From: Catajapyx aquilonaris
Taxonomy: Eukaryota
Direction of reading: 5' to 3'
Assembly: GCA_000934665.2 (NCBI GenBank)
Contig: KZ537957.1
Location: 124,001-188,000, forward strand
Length of the DNA: 64,000 nucleotides
Shown here: piece by piece, positions 36,597 to 51,435 of the stretch
Position numbering within the stretch: position 1 is the stretch's first letter
Layout of the letters: each line of letters begins with the position of its first letter
Program-made: the position numbers and the translations under genes
The notes under the pieces: model-generated
The model's database searches: none
Told to the model about the DNA's origin: nothing
The model's input: only the letters and a program-made list of their open reading frames with translations

Positions 36597-39500
36597 CTAT
36601 GTGTTTTTGTGTGTACTAATTTCAAATTAAGGACACTTGCCGAGGGTGTTTAAGACTCTATAAAACATATTTATACTGTAAATATTAAAGGTATTTTGGA
36701 CACGGTTGTAGAGCAATGTCTGAACATCTCTAGCATTTCCTGGCTGGTCATTGAACCTAGTTGTCGGAATACTTTTGGGAGGAGAAGTTGAGACTCGAGG
36801 ATAATGGGGACTGTTGGCCAAAGTTACACGATGCCTCACCTACCAAGCTTACATTCCGAGCTTCTAGTTAGCAGAAATAACCGGTGCAGGTAGTGTGACT
36901 GAGTAGAATTGGAAACCTAGTTTGGCGCATTAGGGAGCATCCCTGACATGGATTGCACGTGTACGGCGAGAGCCTTCCGGACCAGGCGCTTTTAGCCTAA
37001 TGAAATAAGCATTGTGAAAAGTTATCTAAATGCAAGCCGATAATTACGGCTTTCCCAGGTGCGGTTTCCGGGATGTAAAATTATCGAAAGATAATTAGGT
37101 AAAATCATTAGCGTTTCTCTGCGACTTAGCCGCACTGTGGGAATTGCTAAAGGTACATCAAGCTTGCAGTTGCATTGTTTTATGTGAAAATTAGGTTAGT
37201 GCAGACGTTCGCGATTGATTAAGCACTGGCTTTAATTAAATTACATTTAAAAAGACTGGTACGTGCATCTCTTGTGAATATCCGATTTTTTTAGCACACT
37301 GTATACCCAGCAGGGTATACACGTCCATGATCCCCACAATATAGGAACACCGTCACGGCACCACACATCTGCGCAGTCTTCATAGAGGTGATAGAGCAGC
37401 GTGTCAGCAGTAACGGCAGCACTTAGGTCGCCATATATCCCGGCCCGAAAATCCCCGTGTCACGCACACTGTCGCCAAACGTGCGTTTAAGCAGCCCCAT
37501 ATTTTGGTTTGCCTTATCCTTCCGCTCCGACCCGGGGCCATTGGACGTCAGGAGAACGACAATTGGCTGAGGAGAGTTGGAGCAAGAATATTTTTTTTTC
37601 CAGGTGTATATATAGTTGGGGAATGAACTTTCTCCTTCGACCATCTTCCTCCAGCCTCCCTCCGTGCTACTTCCTTATACTTTCTTCCTTCAGCGTGAAG
37701 GCTGGAGAGGGAAAATTTGATGAAGAGTTCATTAGGCCTGCTTGTTGCATTAAATAGAATCTTCAGAGGGAAGAGCGAGAGGCGAGCGATCGCCAAGGGA
37801 GGCTCGTTTCAGCAGATGCTATGTGGCCACATTTCTCCAGGGACCACTGCTATTCAAACGGGACCACCCGGTATGCAAAGTAGAAAGGAAGCTTGCCAGG
37901 ACTCCTGTCTGCTCAACACGTTCCTTCGGCTGAAGGCATTTTTTGTGTGGTTTCTTCCGATGTCTCTATAGTCCTGAAAGAAGAAGTTGGAGGTCTTCTA
38001 CACGTATGGACTTGGGTTACATTTAGTAAGCTGTAGTCCCAAAATTGGACAGCACTTTTGTGCCAAGGTTGCAAAACGAAACAACCTCTGTTATGGTACC
38101 TCTCACGCCACAGCAACAGCGTTGTCTTGCCTCAGCAAACGCTTAGGCGCACATTTCAGAAAATAAAGGAGGAAATTAGAAGAGTAGACGAATCCGCAAT
38201 GTCCTGGGTGGAGATTGTGTGATGCGGACTTTCCCAAGTCTACACATTCCTGGCACCAAATGGAAACTGCGGCAGTTTCTCTGCGAGTTCCATTCGACAT
38301 TAGCTACTGGCTGATGAGAATAAGTCCCATGGGGCCGCCCCGGGGCTGCTCCTCATTACTAATCCCCGGCAGCATTCCCCCTCTGGATGGGGTGATGTCT
38401 AACATGTATGGTGCATGCTGGACAATGTTAGCTACTTGTGGGTGACCTTTCTCGTTCTGGAGAATTGAGGACGAAAATGTTTGGTTGTTTGGGAAGGCTT
38501 GGAGGGTCCTCTGGAGGGCTGTGATGAACAGAAGTAGAAGGGGGTTCCTTCCTTGGAAGCTGGGGGCAAGGCTGTGGATCTTCGCTTTGTGATGGGGAAC
38601 AATGCTGGGTTTCTCAGGAAAAGGGGGAATATTGTGGAGGCGTCAGGATGCACTGCCGAGTTAAAAAAAGAGAGGTAAATAATGGCGGGTTTTCCGGTTG
38701 TGTATTCTGCGCTTATCCGGAAGTCTTCAATAGCGGTGTCGCCATTCATTTCCCATGCCAAGATTTTCAACAATTATGCTAAATAACTTTTTGGAAAACT
38801 GAGCTTTACTACGTCGTGTGGACTTTATGGCTTTAGCACATGGAATCAACGACCGGATGTCAGTACTGAGATAATATTGGGTGTCTTTTTACTCCTGTCA
38901 CTAATGTAACCTGATATACAAGAGAACTTCGAAGGTTAACTAACTCGCAGGATAAGCTCTTCGTTGTACAAAATTCTGTAGACCAGTCAGTGTCGTTATT
39001 ACAAAATTTGTTCAGCATTTTTAGAACATCCTAGAAGTGACCTAAATATTTAGCAGATTTTTCTATACTATAGTTTACCACACTGTGGCATAATAGCCTA
39101 TCCTATAATAATGATAGCCATCAATAGGGGAGGTTTTCTGCATTAGCGTCAGATGTTGTCCATTGCTGGTGATTAAGAATGAAGAAAGGAAAAGCCTCCT
39201 TAGGAGGAACTATCCCTGAAATCCTCTTGTTTGGAAACCACAGAATATCTTAGCCTTGACAAGTGTCGAACCCAGAGAAACACCAAAGCAGTATAACCCC
39301 CAGAGCATTATTCACTTAGCACATAACTTCAAGAACCGCAGATTTAGCCCTATGGAATCTTCCTGCCAAAAAAAAAAGAAAAAAAAAAACTTTCAGACAC
39401 CATCCCCTTCACAAAGCTCACTTCGAGACTCCATTGATGTGGCTGCTCATCAAATACATCAAGCTCAGTGGGGAAGACCGGATCGCAAAAGTTTGCTGCC

Positions 39501-42287
39501 TTCCATTATTAAAGAACCACCACCTCTCTCCCTTAAAAAAAGTTGGCAGGGGGATGGGAAGGGTGGGGAGGATTTGCCTGCTTGGAATTTCATGAGCGCA
39601 TGTTAAGGGCCAAATGTGCTTCCCACGCTCCTTTAGTCTGAAGGAAAAGTGTCCTGCCCAGGGAATCTTTCGCACGAGAGATTAGTTGGACCCACATCAG
39701 AAGGAAAAAAAAGGGTGGCTCATAATATTGCCGTCAAAATACGAAACAGTTTTCCGCGGTTTAATTCAACAGCGGAGAATGTGCGTAAATCAGGATGGCC
39801 TGCAAGCCTTCCTCTCAGGCATTAATCACTAGGGGAAGCTCCTGGTATACAAGAGGATTCGAGTTATGCGGCAATTAAACCGCTGTTGATTCGGAGGAAC
39901 CCTTCATGCCTTGCGCTATTGCGGTTTTTATTTGTTTCCGGGAGCGGCGCCGGATTGGTTTAGTATGCAAATTTGCAGGGATGCACGGACAGAAGAAGGT
40001 CTTTGTAATTCTGGCGGCGCCGCGGTGTAAACAAGAAGATAATTGAAGGATTACGTGCCGCCTCGTTTTGCGCCATGAAAAACAATGTTCGTTGCGCGAG
40101 TTATGGGTGTCCCGAAAGTCCCTGCCACGAATAAATATTTTTCCTCAGATATCTTGCCTTTTGCACGGTACAAAGTGTGCATACTCATACCTTACATAAA
40201 TATGGTGCAGTCTGAATTCGCAATATGAATTTTAAATATTTAGTCTATACAAAATTCAATTTTGAGACTTTATCTACCGTCGCTTTTTTCGAAGCTTGCT
40301 CGTTATTTACTTTCGATGTGCATCATTTCCCGCCTCTCTTTCTTTTTTGGCGCCTTAAAAAAAAGGCCCATTCATTCTCCATAATGAAGGGGTTGTTCTG
40401 GAAAGCAATCTCTGGGCTTGGCCTCCAAAAAAAGCAGCTATATAACCCGTTGCTTTTTTTTCGTCCTTTTTCTCCTCCAGTCCAAAATCTGCCCCCGTTG
40501 CTCGTCCGTTGCACCCTATTAGGTTATCGAAAGGGCGTTCCCCTTGCCTTCCCTGTTCAAATTCCATTAGGTGGTAGTGAGCCCTCAGCCGGTGCCCCCA
40601 CACTTCCTTCCTTCTTCGGACGATTCCAGCCTCACAAATGAAGAGGGAAGAGAAAAAGGGACTGATTGCAGAAGAGTCTTGGCGCCGACGTTGGCAATGG
40701 CACCAAGGGAGGGTTAGCCGTGTGTGAAACCTTCATGGTTCGCAAACATTGGGGGGGACATCGTGGATAACTGTAATTCGACGATGGAGCAATCCGTGTT
40801 GGCAAAACATGGAGCGAAAATTTTGGTAATTCGGGGTCTCAACAAGAGTGATAGTCGCTAACAGGGCACCTGCAGGGCGTTTTCCACGTCTTGTTTTCGC
40901 CTCGTCTTTCAAACCGACAGTTGACAACAAACTTTGCAAGGAAACTTTGGGCTGAGAAAGGCGGATGGAAACGGAGTTTCCTCCAAATTGCCGTGATAAA
41001 TCTACTTGCCGAATGCCGGCTCAGGGCAGGAGTAATTCGGCTGGTTATTGCCGGTTTATGCCGTGCACTCCATTTCACTGCTTTATCTTTTTCCTGTGCA
41101 GTATCCTGTGCACCGTTGGGTAGGACCCAAAACTGATACGGGTTAGCCAATTTGGTGGCTGACCTAATTGGAGAATGGGCAGAGGATATAATGAATCAAT
41201 GACATGCAATGTACAGGAAGTTAAGGTACTCATTTTAAATGTCCGCTTACTATCCCTGTGGTTGTCATGCCCTTTTCGAGCGCAAATTTCTCGCGATAAT
41301 CCCGCCACCTACAGTACCGCCGCGCACCCCGGGGGAACCCCCGGCGCTTCGCCACGAGCGTCACGTCCCTCGTCGCAGGGGAACGCACGCCAAAGTCTGA
41401 GTAGCTGTCGAAGCGACGTGTGTGCTCGTATATGCCCGAGCTTCTGACAGGAGAATTATCAAGTGCGGTGGGTTTGGAGGCGTCTAATCGAAAGGATTAA
41501 GGCGGTGGAATTTATTCCCTGTTGGGCAGTTAGGCATCGGGCCTCTGGCACGTGAGAACACGAGCGTTTAATTCCGGGGCCTTGTCCGGTCGCCGCACAC
41601 TTTGAGCGCCGATCCTCGTCCGCGCCGCTGGCCTAATGCAATAAAATCCTCAACTTGTTAAAACGATGGTAGCGGCCGGAGGAACACGCGTTCAATTCGA
41701 CTGGGACGGATTAGGGCTTGAGGAGAGGGAAAGGAGATCAGGACAAAGATGTGGTCGTCGATAAAAAGGAGACTTCCTCTGGCCACCGATAACTCCGGGA
41801 CTTCTAGGCATCCACTTTCTATGCTAATTGGCTCCACTCGGCCCAAGTTGCAGTTTCCAGGACTATAGGAAGGGAGGCCGTGGGCACGATAGTGCATTTG
41901 CCAGCCAGAGCTTTTTTTTTTTTTTTTGAGTGCTACTTTCAAGGAAATTTCCCCATTCATGGAATCCGGCCATCAGAGAAGAAGGTGTGTCTGGAGGGGT
42001 TTGGGTGCCGCGCCTGCTTTGTACTGTGGGGGAAGCTGGGATTCGACCAACACTGCTTGCATGGAGGGGGATACACCTGATTTTATTGCTGGAAATGCAT
42101 TAGGGAAAAGGATGGGAGGGCACAGGGTGTTCGAGCCCTCGAGGGGTGAGCCACTTGGCATTTTCTTGTTGGGAGGATCGTAAGTCGGAATTGCCGGCCT
42201 CCAAAAACTGCAGGAATAAGCAGCTTGGAACACAGCTTAATGTTCGTCCCTTGTGGTATATCAACTAGTTTCTTATTGCTCTTTCAG

Positions 42288-42372
42288 ACAATAGTTGGAT
42301 CGTCAGGGTACGGAGAAATTGGCTGCAGGAAGCATTTTCAGGGAGAAACTGCCCGCACCAATGGAGTCGACA
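42288..42372 (+). other. Candidate internal exon (85 nt), coding status unknown
   Basis: Strong acceptor TTTCTTATTGCTCTTTCAG| and strong donor ACA|GTAAGT. Two frames are open, and an ATG at 42361 would give MEST in phase 0. Confidence 0.4.
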
Positions 42373-44330
42373 GTAAGTAAATCAAAGTCCTTCAATTACA
42401 TGTTTGCGACAAATCGACAACTGCTACCAAACCATTGAACTTTTTGGCACCGCTGGTGGAGGCTCCAACCCGGCATAAAAATCTCAACAAGCAAAGCTCA
42501 ATACGAGCACTTTATGTTCCGAGTATCATAATTTTTTACCCTTTTTATTGTGCTATATATAACCCACGTAATGGAATCATAAAAGTTTCACGAAGGTGGC
42601 GATGCGTGCTTCATAGTGGCTAGCATCTGCTGGATATTAGAGCACGTATTATTCTATGCACTCCGAATAAGGAACACACGAAATAACTGCGAAACCTCCC
42701 GGTGCTGCAGCAGCCAGCGCAGACTTGAGGCCGTTTGGGGATTACAATGTAATTAATACTTTAACGGTGGGCAGCCCACCTGCAACAACAGTATTAAAAT
42801 TCGCAGGCGGATGCTGGGGGTATATGCCTGCGAGCCACACAAATCCAATGCACACGTACGTGTCGGCACGGATTCAACCGTCCGGGAAATTACCATCCCA
42901 ATGGTTATTATAGCCTATCAGGTAAGTTCCTCACCTTGCCGGTACACTGCTGTGGGTATTATCTGCTGCACCCAGAAGCGGGCTCTCCTATCTCAATTAG
43001 TCCTGGGTGCAGTTCCGGTAATTGGGCCAGATCTTAGTGTCTTGTGGAGAAGACGTGGCCTGAGTTGGGGAACTCCATGTCCTTTGTCCAGGGCTTATTG
43101 GAAGGGAAATGGTTCGTCTGCTGGTGCTGAACTGCATCATAAAAGTAGTTCTAATGCTTTTATGCAGTATGTGATTTACCGCGTGGCATTCTTAGCCCCA
43201 GGAAACTTCCGGTATGTCCATTAACCAAGTGGGGAGCTCGGTGGATGACGTAAAACCCCTCGGCTTAAACCACTATTATAAGCCGCTTATGCTCCGAATC
43301 TGCCAGCATCTCAGACCTTGGCGAATATTAGCAGGGTATGGTGGAAGGCAATTATGCCACGTACGGTATGTGTCGCATGTTCCGGAATTCCTTACGTTTT
43401 GCTATCGATTCACCTTACAAACCACACTTTCTAAAGTTGGTTGTAGGCACAGTTCCACGTAGGGGCAATAATGGCGGAATGAGGTCCCCGAAATGAATGT
43501 TAAAGGCTGTAATATCGCTGCGGGTGTTATTGTTCTGTATAAATTACTAGGGGCGGGGTCCCTGAAACCGCCGGAACCAAAAACTGCACCGGGCAAAATG
43601 CAATGCTCGACTAATGGTATGCATCGGCTGGGAATTGCAGGTGCGATTTTGGAAGCCCAACCATTTTCCAGGACCAGCAGGCTCCAAAATGATCTCTCCG
43701 GTGGTACCTGCCACGCACGCGTGTAGCCTAATTTCTGGGATGAAACTTTAACGCTTCGTGTAGATACTTAGCGAGATGCCTGGGCATTGGCAACATCTTC
43801 GCCACCATAAAAGACGTTACATGTAGTGTTGCGCCGTACTTATAAACTCAAAGTGGAGTTAATTGCCATCCTGGGCCGTAAAGTAGGCATCTACCCGACC
43901 GCTTTCTCTAACGGGATTCAGCCCATCTGCAGGGTACGTGCGGCATGGGTATACACCCTGTCCTTCTTGAGCTTTCATGCTAATTAACCAGGTAAGCCCC
44001 CTTTAATCATACAACGCATGTTGGTCCTAACTTTGCACTCCTCCAGTTTGCTCCAGCGAATGACTTGGCCCATGTGCCTTTCTAAAACCTATAAAAGCCG
44101 CTCGGGCGTGTAAATCATCCATCTTGTTTGGCTCTAATGCAGTACAGAGCACTCTATTGGGTTTACTGTAACAAAGGAGGCTGAGAGCAGGTTTGAACCT
44201 GCATCCCGGGGTTCAACCGCCACCTAGAGGGCGCGGGCGTAACGTAATGACCGGCACTATGCGCAATGGTTCGTTTGTTTCATCCTGGCATGATGCAACC
44301 TAACGAACACTAGTATGTGTGGTCAACTGT

Positions 44331-44570
44331 CAGTGGCGGATCCAGCAATTTTTTCTAGGGGGGGGGGGGNNNNNNNNNNNNNNNNNNNNNNNNNNNNNNN
44401 NNNNNNNNNNNNNNNNNNNNNNNNNNNNNNNNNNNNNNNNNNNNNNNNNNNNNNNNNNNNNNNNNNNNNNNNNNNNNNNNNNTCCGTTTTTTCCCCTCTG
44501 GGGGAGCCATAGGGCCCTGGGGCGATCGCCCCTTCGCCCCCCCCCCTCCCCCCGCCCGGATCCGTCCCTG
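44331..44570. mobile_element. hAT-type MITE with 8-bp TSD, spanning an assembly gap
   Basis: TIR CAGTGGCGGATCC / GGATCCGTCCCTG. Perfect TSD TCAACTGT at 44323-44330 and 44571-44578. N gap at 44370-44482. Confidence 0.9.
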
Positions 44571-45541
44571 TCAACTGTAGGTGTTTTTCTCTGTGTAAAT
44601 ACTCATTATCTGATTTGGCTTTAAGAACAGTTGGGAGAGAGGATACTGCCCCCTTAAAAACTATAGTTAAAACCAGTATTAAGGGATTCCATTTAGGCTT
44701 AGCTACAGGATGTAATAATCTGGAAGGCGTTCACCTTATACGCTTAAGGAAGGAAAAGGGGGCAATTGCGTTCACGTTATCCAGAGTACAAATCAAATCG
44801 AAATATCCTGCTTGCTCCGGTATTTTCAGAAAATTTTGAGCCCATCTCTGGGAATTATCAGTTTTCAGGCCGATTGGGAGAAGGTCGTTACATGGTAGGA
44901 GCCCTTTTGCTGAGAGCCTGCACCCGAAACCATAGGAAGACATTAGGAAGGTCTGCTGGTGTAAGGAAATGTTGGGTGGGGGGGTGGGAGGACGGAAGGG
45001 GTTGGAAGTTGGGGGGGATGATGAAGTGAGCTAGGGTAAGCCTCATCCCGCAAAGAAGACTCCAGGGTGATCCTCCGATTCTCTGGAGGCGCATTTCGCG
45101 AAAAGTCCGCTCCTTTTCCAAGTAGGGTTCTATACACCCTATTGAATATTAGGCAGCCGTTTGGAGCTCCAGCATTAAGGATATTACAGTGCAAGTGGGC
45201 CTTCCCTCGTCTCCCAAAACTATAAAATACGAGAGAGGGTGGGTGGGGAGGGGGGCTATTAAAGTCTCGATATGAAAGTTGTTTCTTCTCTTGGGAAGGG
45301 ATTTATGGCGTGTTCTTCCGTGACTGCAAGTTGAGGTTGCATACGGTTGAAATGAGCACCGGACAATCTGGCGTAAAATGAGGCTCTGGATAATCCGACA
45401 TGTAGGCTTTATTAATGTAATCGGCTCAGCGCATGTAAATATTGCGTCAACCGGATTTGCCTCGCTTAGAATTATTAATATCGCTCACACTGTACAGCAG
45501 ACAGTTGTTGTTGTTCGAGCGGTGAATAATACATATGTACT

Positions 45542-45657
45542 GTACTATCGGTCTCAGTTTCGGCCATACTGGTCTTGAAGCAACTCTTCGCTCAGGCCCC
45601 ACGGTGAGGTGTGTGTGAAGGGTTGCTTCAAGACCAGGATAAAGTGGCCGATAGCAC
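45542..45657. mobile_element. Foldback MITE family A, copy 3 (partly deleted)
   Basis: Shares the GTACTATCGG start, the CAGGCCCCAC loop and the GAAGGGTTGCTTCAAGACCAGGATAAAGTGGCCG arm. Confidence 0.85.
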
Positions 45658-48542
45658 TGCCGCGTAATTGCAATTCAGACTGGACTGCTGATTAATATTT
45701 CTTGGTGTTTGATATGCAGCAGTGCGCAAAGTGGCTTTGAAACAGGGCAGTTATGGTGCTCAAACCGATTCATTATTGACACAGCTGTGTCAGACTCATG
45801 GGGTCTGTGGGCTCGATACGAAGAGTATCTCCCAGGGTTTTTTTTTAAGTGGAAAAAATAAATCATAGCAGTGTTAGTAACAGGAGAATGGAGCCACTAG
45901 CAGTGAATAGGAACACCTCCACCAAGAGTGAGGTCATACACCGTGGGACTTAGATGATGCAGAGGAGCGCGGTCGATGAGAAGGAACGATCCAGTAGCCA
46001 TAGTAGGCGGGCACGAGGGAAGAAAAGAAAAAGAAGGAAGGATGAGGGAGAGAAAAGAGGATGGGGAGGGGGGAAAAGAAAGAGAGAAGGAAGGATGATC
46101 CCCCGTAGAATTGTAGCGAGAAATTGCAAGTTCTGTTCTCTTTCCTCTGATGAGCTCCACGGTCCGAAGGGTGATTCTGCAGGAGTGTTGAAGGAAAGAG
46201 CAGAATGTTTGCCGAGGTGCCGAAATCCCATTACAGAGGGTGTCAACAGAGGACGGGTCCGGCTTATAATAATTACCCCCATAACGAATAGCCCCCCACT
46301 GTCAGGGAGGTGAAGGCAAGTGGCCAATTATTTCACGGGCGACCCGTGGCCATCGGGACAATTTCCGCGTCCTTAGATTCGCACCCGGTTGCTCCGGCGT
46401 GGTGATCTTTCATCCCATTTGACAGGGAGTGGTTTGGAGAGATAGTGTATAGCCAGGGCGAAGAAGCGGAGCAAAAGGAGCTTCTGGTTGTAATAAGGGA
46501 CTATTGTTTTTCTTCGTCCCTTACAACTCTTCCTTGGCGGCGGAAGTATTGGCAGAAGCATTAGAGACGCCTAAAGCGAGAAGCGATAGCTGTGAAAACT
46601 GCTAGCAGCATCTACTTGTCCAATGGCATTTCCAATCGGCGTAATGGGGGTTCTTGTACTGAAATTAGCTGGGTCGTTTGCGAAATAAACACGGGACAGC
46701 GAGAAGACGACACGCGACGTCATCTCACGTCGAGACGTTAGATGGCAGCAATGTTGTGATCAGCAGTGGTGTCGCCATCTGCAATCACTGACATGCCAAC
46801 ACTAGCATATCTGCTGGTAATTCCACCAGATTGCAACCCAGTGCACAGCAGGGTGATTGGTCGCGATAGTCTGAAGACTGTCGCCCTCTTCCACGACCAG
46901 GCAACGATACTAGCGATTTAATTCTCGCTAGTGCCGGTCGTTTGGCCTGTTTACACCCTTGCCTATTTTCTTTCCATTGCTTGTTCCACCACAAGAGAAG
47001 GGCCTTTCTCGGGAATCAGCGTCCCCCGGATAGTCAAGGTTTGGAAACTGCTCCGGATTCTGCGGCTTAAGTCTCGTGCCGGTAATGACAGTCGAGGAAT
47101 TTGTCTTTAGAGTTGGGAGGCAGTAAGACGGTGCATGTCGGAAGCAAGTTTGGAGTAATCCTCTCAGAACGAATGACGTTCAACTTTTTTTCTCCATGGT
47201 TGTAATGCTACTTCTCCCCCTCTCCTATTTCGCTTCACCACATATGCGGATAAAAATGACAAAGTCGACAACGACAGCTAGAAAGCCTGGAAACTCGATA
47301 TCGTCACTTTGCAGAAGGATGAAAAAAGTGGCATTTTTTTCGTTCTCTAAACGGAAATAATAATATGTGACAGTCTAATTTCCTGGTAATGTGCATAAAC
47401 TTATGTAAGTTCCCTACAATTGTAATCAAGCATTGCTGGAATTATTTACCTTGGAAAAGTTTGAGGATCAATAGAATTAGACGTGTTTGCGTGGGTGTGC
47501 GTGCAGGTTGCTTGTCTACAAATTGAGGTGTGCAGCTCCGGCTCTGTGATGGATTGCCAACGACAGTTCCACGTGTCGAGCAACGCAATGACTCGAGTGT
47601 GACGTTCGCCTTCCTCTCCAATTTACCAAAATCACGCTACAGCGTAAATAATCTGGCCAACGAGCGATACTCGCTTCGGAAATTGATCCGGACTCCCCAT
47701 GCAAAGGGGGTCAGATTTGATCAAAGAAAACTGTTTAAAAAAAATCCTAGTTAAGTAGCACGCTCGTATAGCACAAATGTTATTAGGTAATGTAAAGATA
47801 TTTGCCATGAATTGGAGGAATTGGGGCAACCGCAACAATTAGAATTCCAACTCTACAGCATTGTACCAAACAGTCCAGGGGGTGCCCCACTTTTACTTTT
47901 TTTTTTAAATAATCGAAATATTTCTTTGACAAATTACCCGACCTTCACCCAGTAAGGTCCTGCTCCCAGAAATGCATCTCGCCAACACAATCGGACAGGG
48001 AAATGGCAAAAGTTTCCAACAAAAAACTATGAGGTCGGATATGAAAATGGAAAGGGCTGCCTCTGCCTCTCCGCGGGAGCGCTTTGAGTTCACCCAATCG
48101 AGTGATGAAGTCAGACCGCAGCTTGATTGCCAGCGAAATTGTACATTGTTACTCTGGGAATTAGGCCACAGTCCCCTTGTCCTGTGCACCCCTGGAAATG
48201 AATTTCCAATCGGTTATTGCTTGGGAAGCGAGGCGTCGATCGATGAGGGTGCGGTCTTGCAAAGTGGATGTACTCCTGTGTCATGCTGATATATATAGGC
48301 TTTTTTCTGCATCCATATCTGGCCATCCAGACCATTCTATGTCGACCAGAAAAATTATTGTTAGTACTATCCACCCTGTGTGCAAACTGTCAGAAATGGA
48401 CGCGGCCATCTTGGTGACATGGAATTAATCCGAAGTGTACTCTGTGAATGGATGTCAGACCATTTCGTCTCGCGGCACGTACGATGGAAGTGTCCGCTGT
48501 TTTAATATAGGCGCGGTGTTGGATGGGTTCTATCAGGCCATA

Positions 48543-49148
48543 CAGGGTGAGACTCCCAGCTCTATTGTTACATTGTGGCTATAGCATATAGGGTCAGTGT
48601 CCATGTTGGGAGTATTATTATTTTGCTCGACTGTCCAGAGCAGTTTAAAGTTTGTGGAGCACACAGTTTCATGCCTCAAACTGGCGCATCTAGCGATTCC
48701 GAGCACGTCTATGCTTCTGGAGTTGGGACGATTTCTGTGCTGACCGCTCTGGTGGCCCGTGTAATCAAGTTTACCCCCATTTGGTTTATTAGAGGCTGTC
48801 CACTAATCCACTTAAGAGCAGGTAGTCCATCAATGACGCTGGGGAGAAATCCAGAGGTCTATTCCTTGGACTTGGCATAGCTTTTCCTCGTTCTTTGGTC
48901 TCCAGAATTACATGGGACGAGGGCCAGGTCGGAAGCGCAGGCGTTACTTGTTAATTAGCTGTAGCTGAGCAGTGTCAAATAAGGTGGTAAGTAATGCAAT
49001 GAGAGGCGCTGCTATTGATTCTAGGGTGCGAAGTAACAATCCAGGGGCAGTGTTAGAGAGATCAAATATTTTTGGGAAATTTTGAGGATCATACTCAGGT
49101 AGGAGACTGAAGTTCGAGAAAATTTTGGGCTAAGTTTGCCTCACCCTG
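48543..49148. mobile_element. Possible old mariner-type element, or two unrelated ends
   Basis: TA|CAGGGTGAGAC ... GCCTCACCCTG|TA (10/11 inverted match). No support from the interior. Confidence 0.3.
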
Positions 49149-51157
49149 TACAAGTAGTAGGTCACTGAAATAACCTCAGAGGTGCAACTTGGCAGGGAAA
49201 GTTCAGAATATATTTGTGTATTGATTTTGCAAGTTAAAAAATGCTCAATGGCTATTGTTGAAGTTCCGCATATTTTCGGAGGGCTTATTGAGGAGCGGGG
49301 CTTTGAAGATGGAGAAAAAAAAGTTGGAACTATGCATTAGGCGGTATGACTTAATGCTCTATTAGAGGTAATGGGACCCATCCTGCAAAGAAACAGCCTT
49401 GTTTGCCAGAGGGTAAAAGATCCTTTAGGCTTCATAACTGGAGCAAAGTTTCCAGCTACTATGAAGGCCTCCTTCATTTTTTTTTGCCTGCATAGCTATG
49501 CTTTTGTTTCGTAAGTTACTACATTCGCGTATAGGCCCAGAGGCTTGCCTTTGAAGGGGTTTTTCACAAAATTTGGCTCATAACAAGATCCCTGTGCCGA
49601 ACTTTCTCATTTCAGTGGCAGTTCAACGATTTAATTTGGCTTGGAACGCTAATTACCGTGATTAAGTTGCTTAAGCGCAATGATCTATGATGCCTCAAAA
49701 AAATGGTAGCATTACTAGTATGCTTTCATTAACTAGATTCCTTATTAAGCGATCCTCCTTTATAATCAGTAGGTAAGCTGGCGGATCAGCTGATTGGAAA
49801 ATCAGTAGGATTTTATTATTAAGAGCTTTTTCCATTTCGGTCATTTTGTCGAAGATTCCACTTAACATCAATATCTTTGGAAAGCACTTTCTGAAAATCC
49901 CGATTTCGCAATCAGGAAAATCCTAGTCCTGCGGTTCCTTCCCCAAAAAGTTGAACTGGGGGAGGACTTGTAATTATTCAAGTCTGGTACTTTCCTACAA
50001 GTGGAAGTAGGGGGGATTCAAAACGCAAGAATTTTTTTTCCTNCCCCCCCCCCCCCCTCTCAGGACTTCAGAACGGTAATCCAAAAGAATGAAAGTGGAG
50101 TTGAGGAGCTCTTGGAACCACTTATAAGAAGAGCTCGTTGGGATATGTAACTTATTTTGTGGCTTTGAATTAACTGGTACGAAAGGGAGGAATAATTGGT
50201 CTCTTCTGAGTTATGAGTGGCAGGAGTGCTACGAGGAATGTTCTCTGCGAGAGTCTCACTTTCTAAAACCACTCAAAAAAAAAAAAAATGAGCCTTATAT
50301 TTTTGAAGCTGGTTATTGAAACGAAATTGAGGTACAAATTAGCGGGTAGGGTCAAAAGCGATGTCTAAGAGGACAAAATAATTAAGAACGGAATATCTGA
50401 TTTTGTTGGATTATGTGAATACCTATATGCCTAATCAGAGATTCTCTCTAATTGGCTTTCGTACAACCGGTTTCATTACCGGCCAGTGGTATCCTAACTG
50501 TATGCAACCATCCGCACATTTGATAGGAGAAAGCTAGGAGAGAAACACTTGTTAAATCTTTGCTAGTGGTTATTTTTATTATATTTAAATTATAGGAATT
50601 ATTTGGAGAAACTTTTACGTCCCATTTGACATAAATAGGACCATATTTAACTATTATCACCAAGCAATTTTTTGTTTTATAGTACAGTATTTACATGCTG
50701 ACACTTGCATAATATCCTTCTAACTAGAATTGGCTGGATTTCCCGATTAATAATTAACATATTGCTTTATGACTCGGTCCCCATCATTTTTTTTTTTTTT
50801 AAACCCTGGTTCTGGAAATGAATGAATGCGGCTGGTTACGGCATTTGCGGTGCATTTTACGGGCGCTTAGTGAATCCCAATGATGAATGTTGCAGTAGCC
50901 CGCACACAAATTTTGGCGGAAAACGACCCGCGACGAGCGAGTCCAAAGTTCACGAAAACGGCCAATTGGCCCGGCGTCTAAATTCGTCAGAGGACGCCCA
51001 GACGACGCCCGAGAGAATTTTCTGGAGGTCGAATTAGATTCTTTAAGAGGCCATCTTGAGCTGGAGGAAAACATGCGATGTCGTGTTGTGGTCGAAAAGC
51101 CATCCGTTACGTCGGTTCCAAAAAAAAGAGAATTTGGGATGGGGTTGTTGGACCTAC

Positions 51158-51435
51158 CTGATATAAGGTGACTGATGTACCTCGATGTTTGGGAGCGTGG
51201 TGCGATGTGTGTTGTTGTGGGCCAAGCAGCCGGTGGGCAAGTGCCGGCACGGTGGTCCGCGCACTCCGGAACGGCAACTGGCCAAATCAATGAAGGAAAA
51301 TCAGGCGCTTTGCAGCCCCACCAGGGGACTCCCCTAGCATTGATCACGGATTTGCCGCCAACGACACACACGCGTCTTTTCGCAAGACGGACCTGCTTCG
51401 TCTGCGTCCGCGCCGATGGCTCTGCTGCTGCGACT
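51158..51435 (-). other. Candidate non-coding first exon with core promoter
   Basis: CpG-rich. Inr-like GCAGTC (plus 51432-51437), with DPE-like GGACG at +27 (one base off canonical spacing). Donors GAG|GTACAT (51181) and CAG|GTAGGT (51158). Confidence 0.4.

Noticed and set aside
44180..44265. Minus-strand B-box hairpin GCAGGTTCAAACCTGC
   Set aside because: Possibly a SINE head remnant, but I could not define a clear A-box, body or TSD.
44358..44482. N runs next to poly-G/C tracts (also at 4022, 5172-5194, 6629, 8994 and 50043)
   Set aside because: Sequencing or assembly failure at homopolymers, so tract lengths are unreliable.
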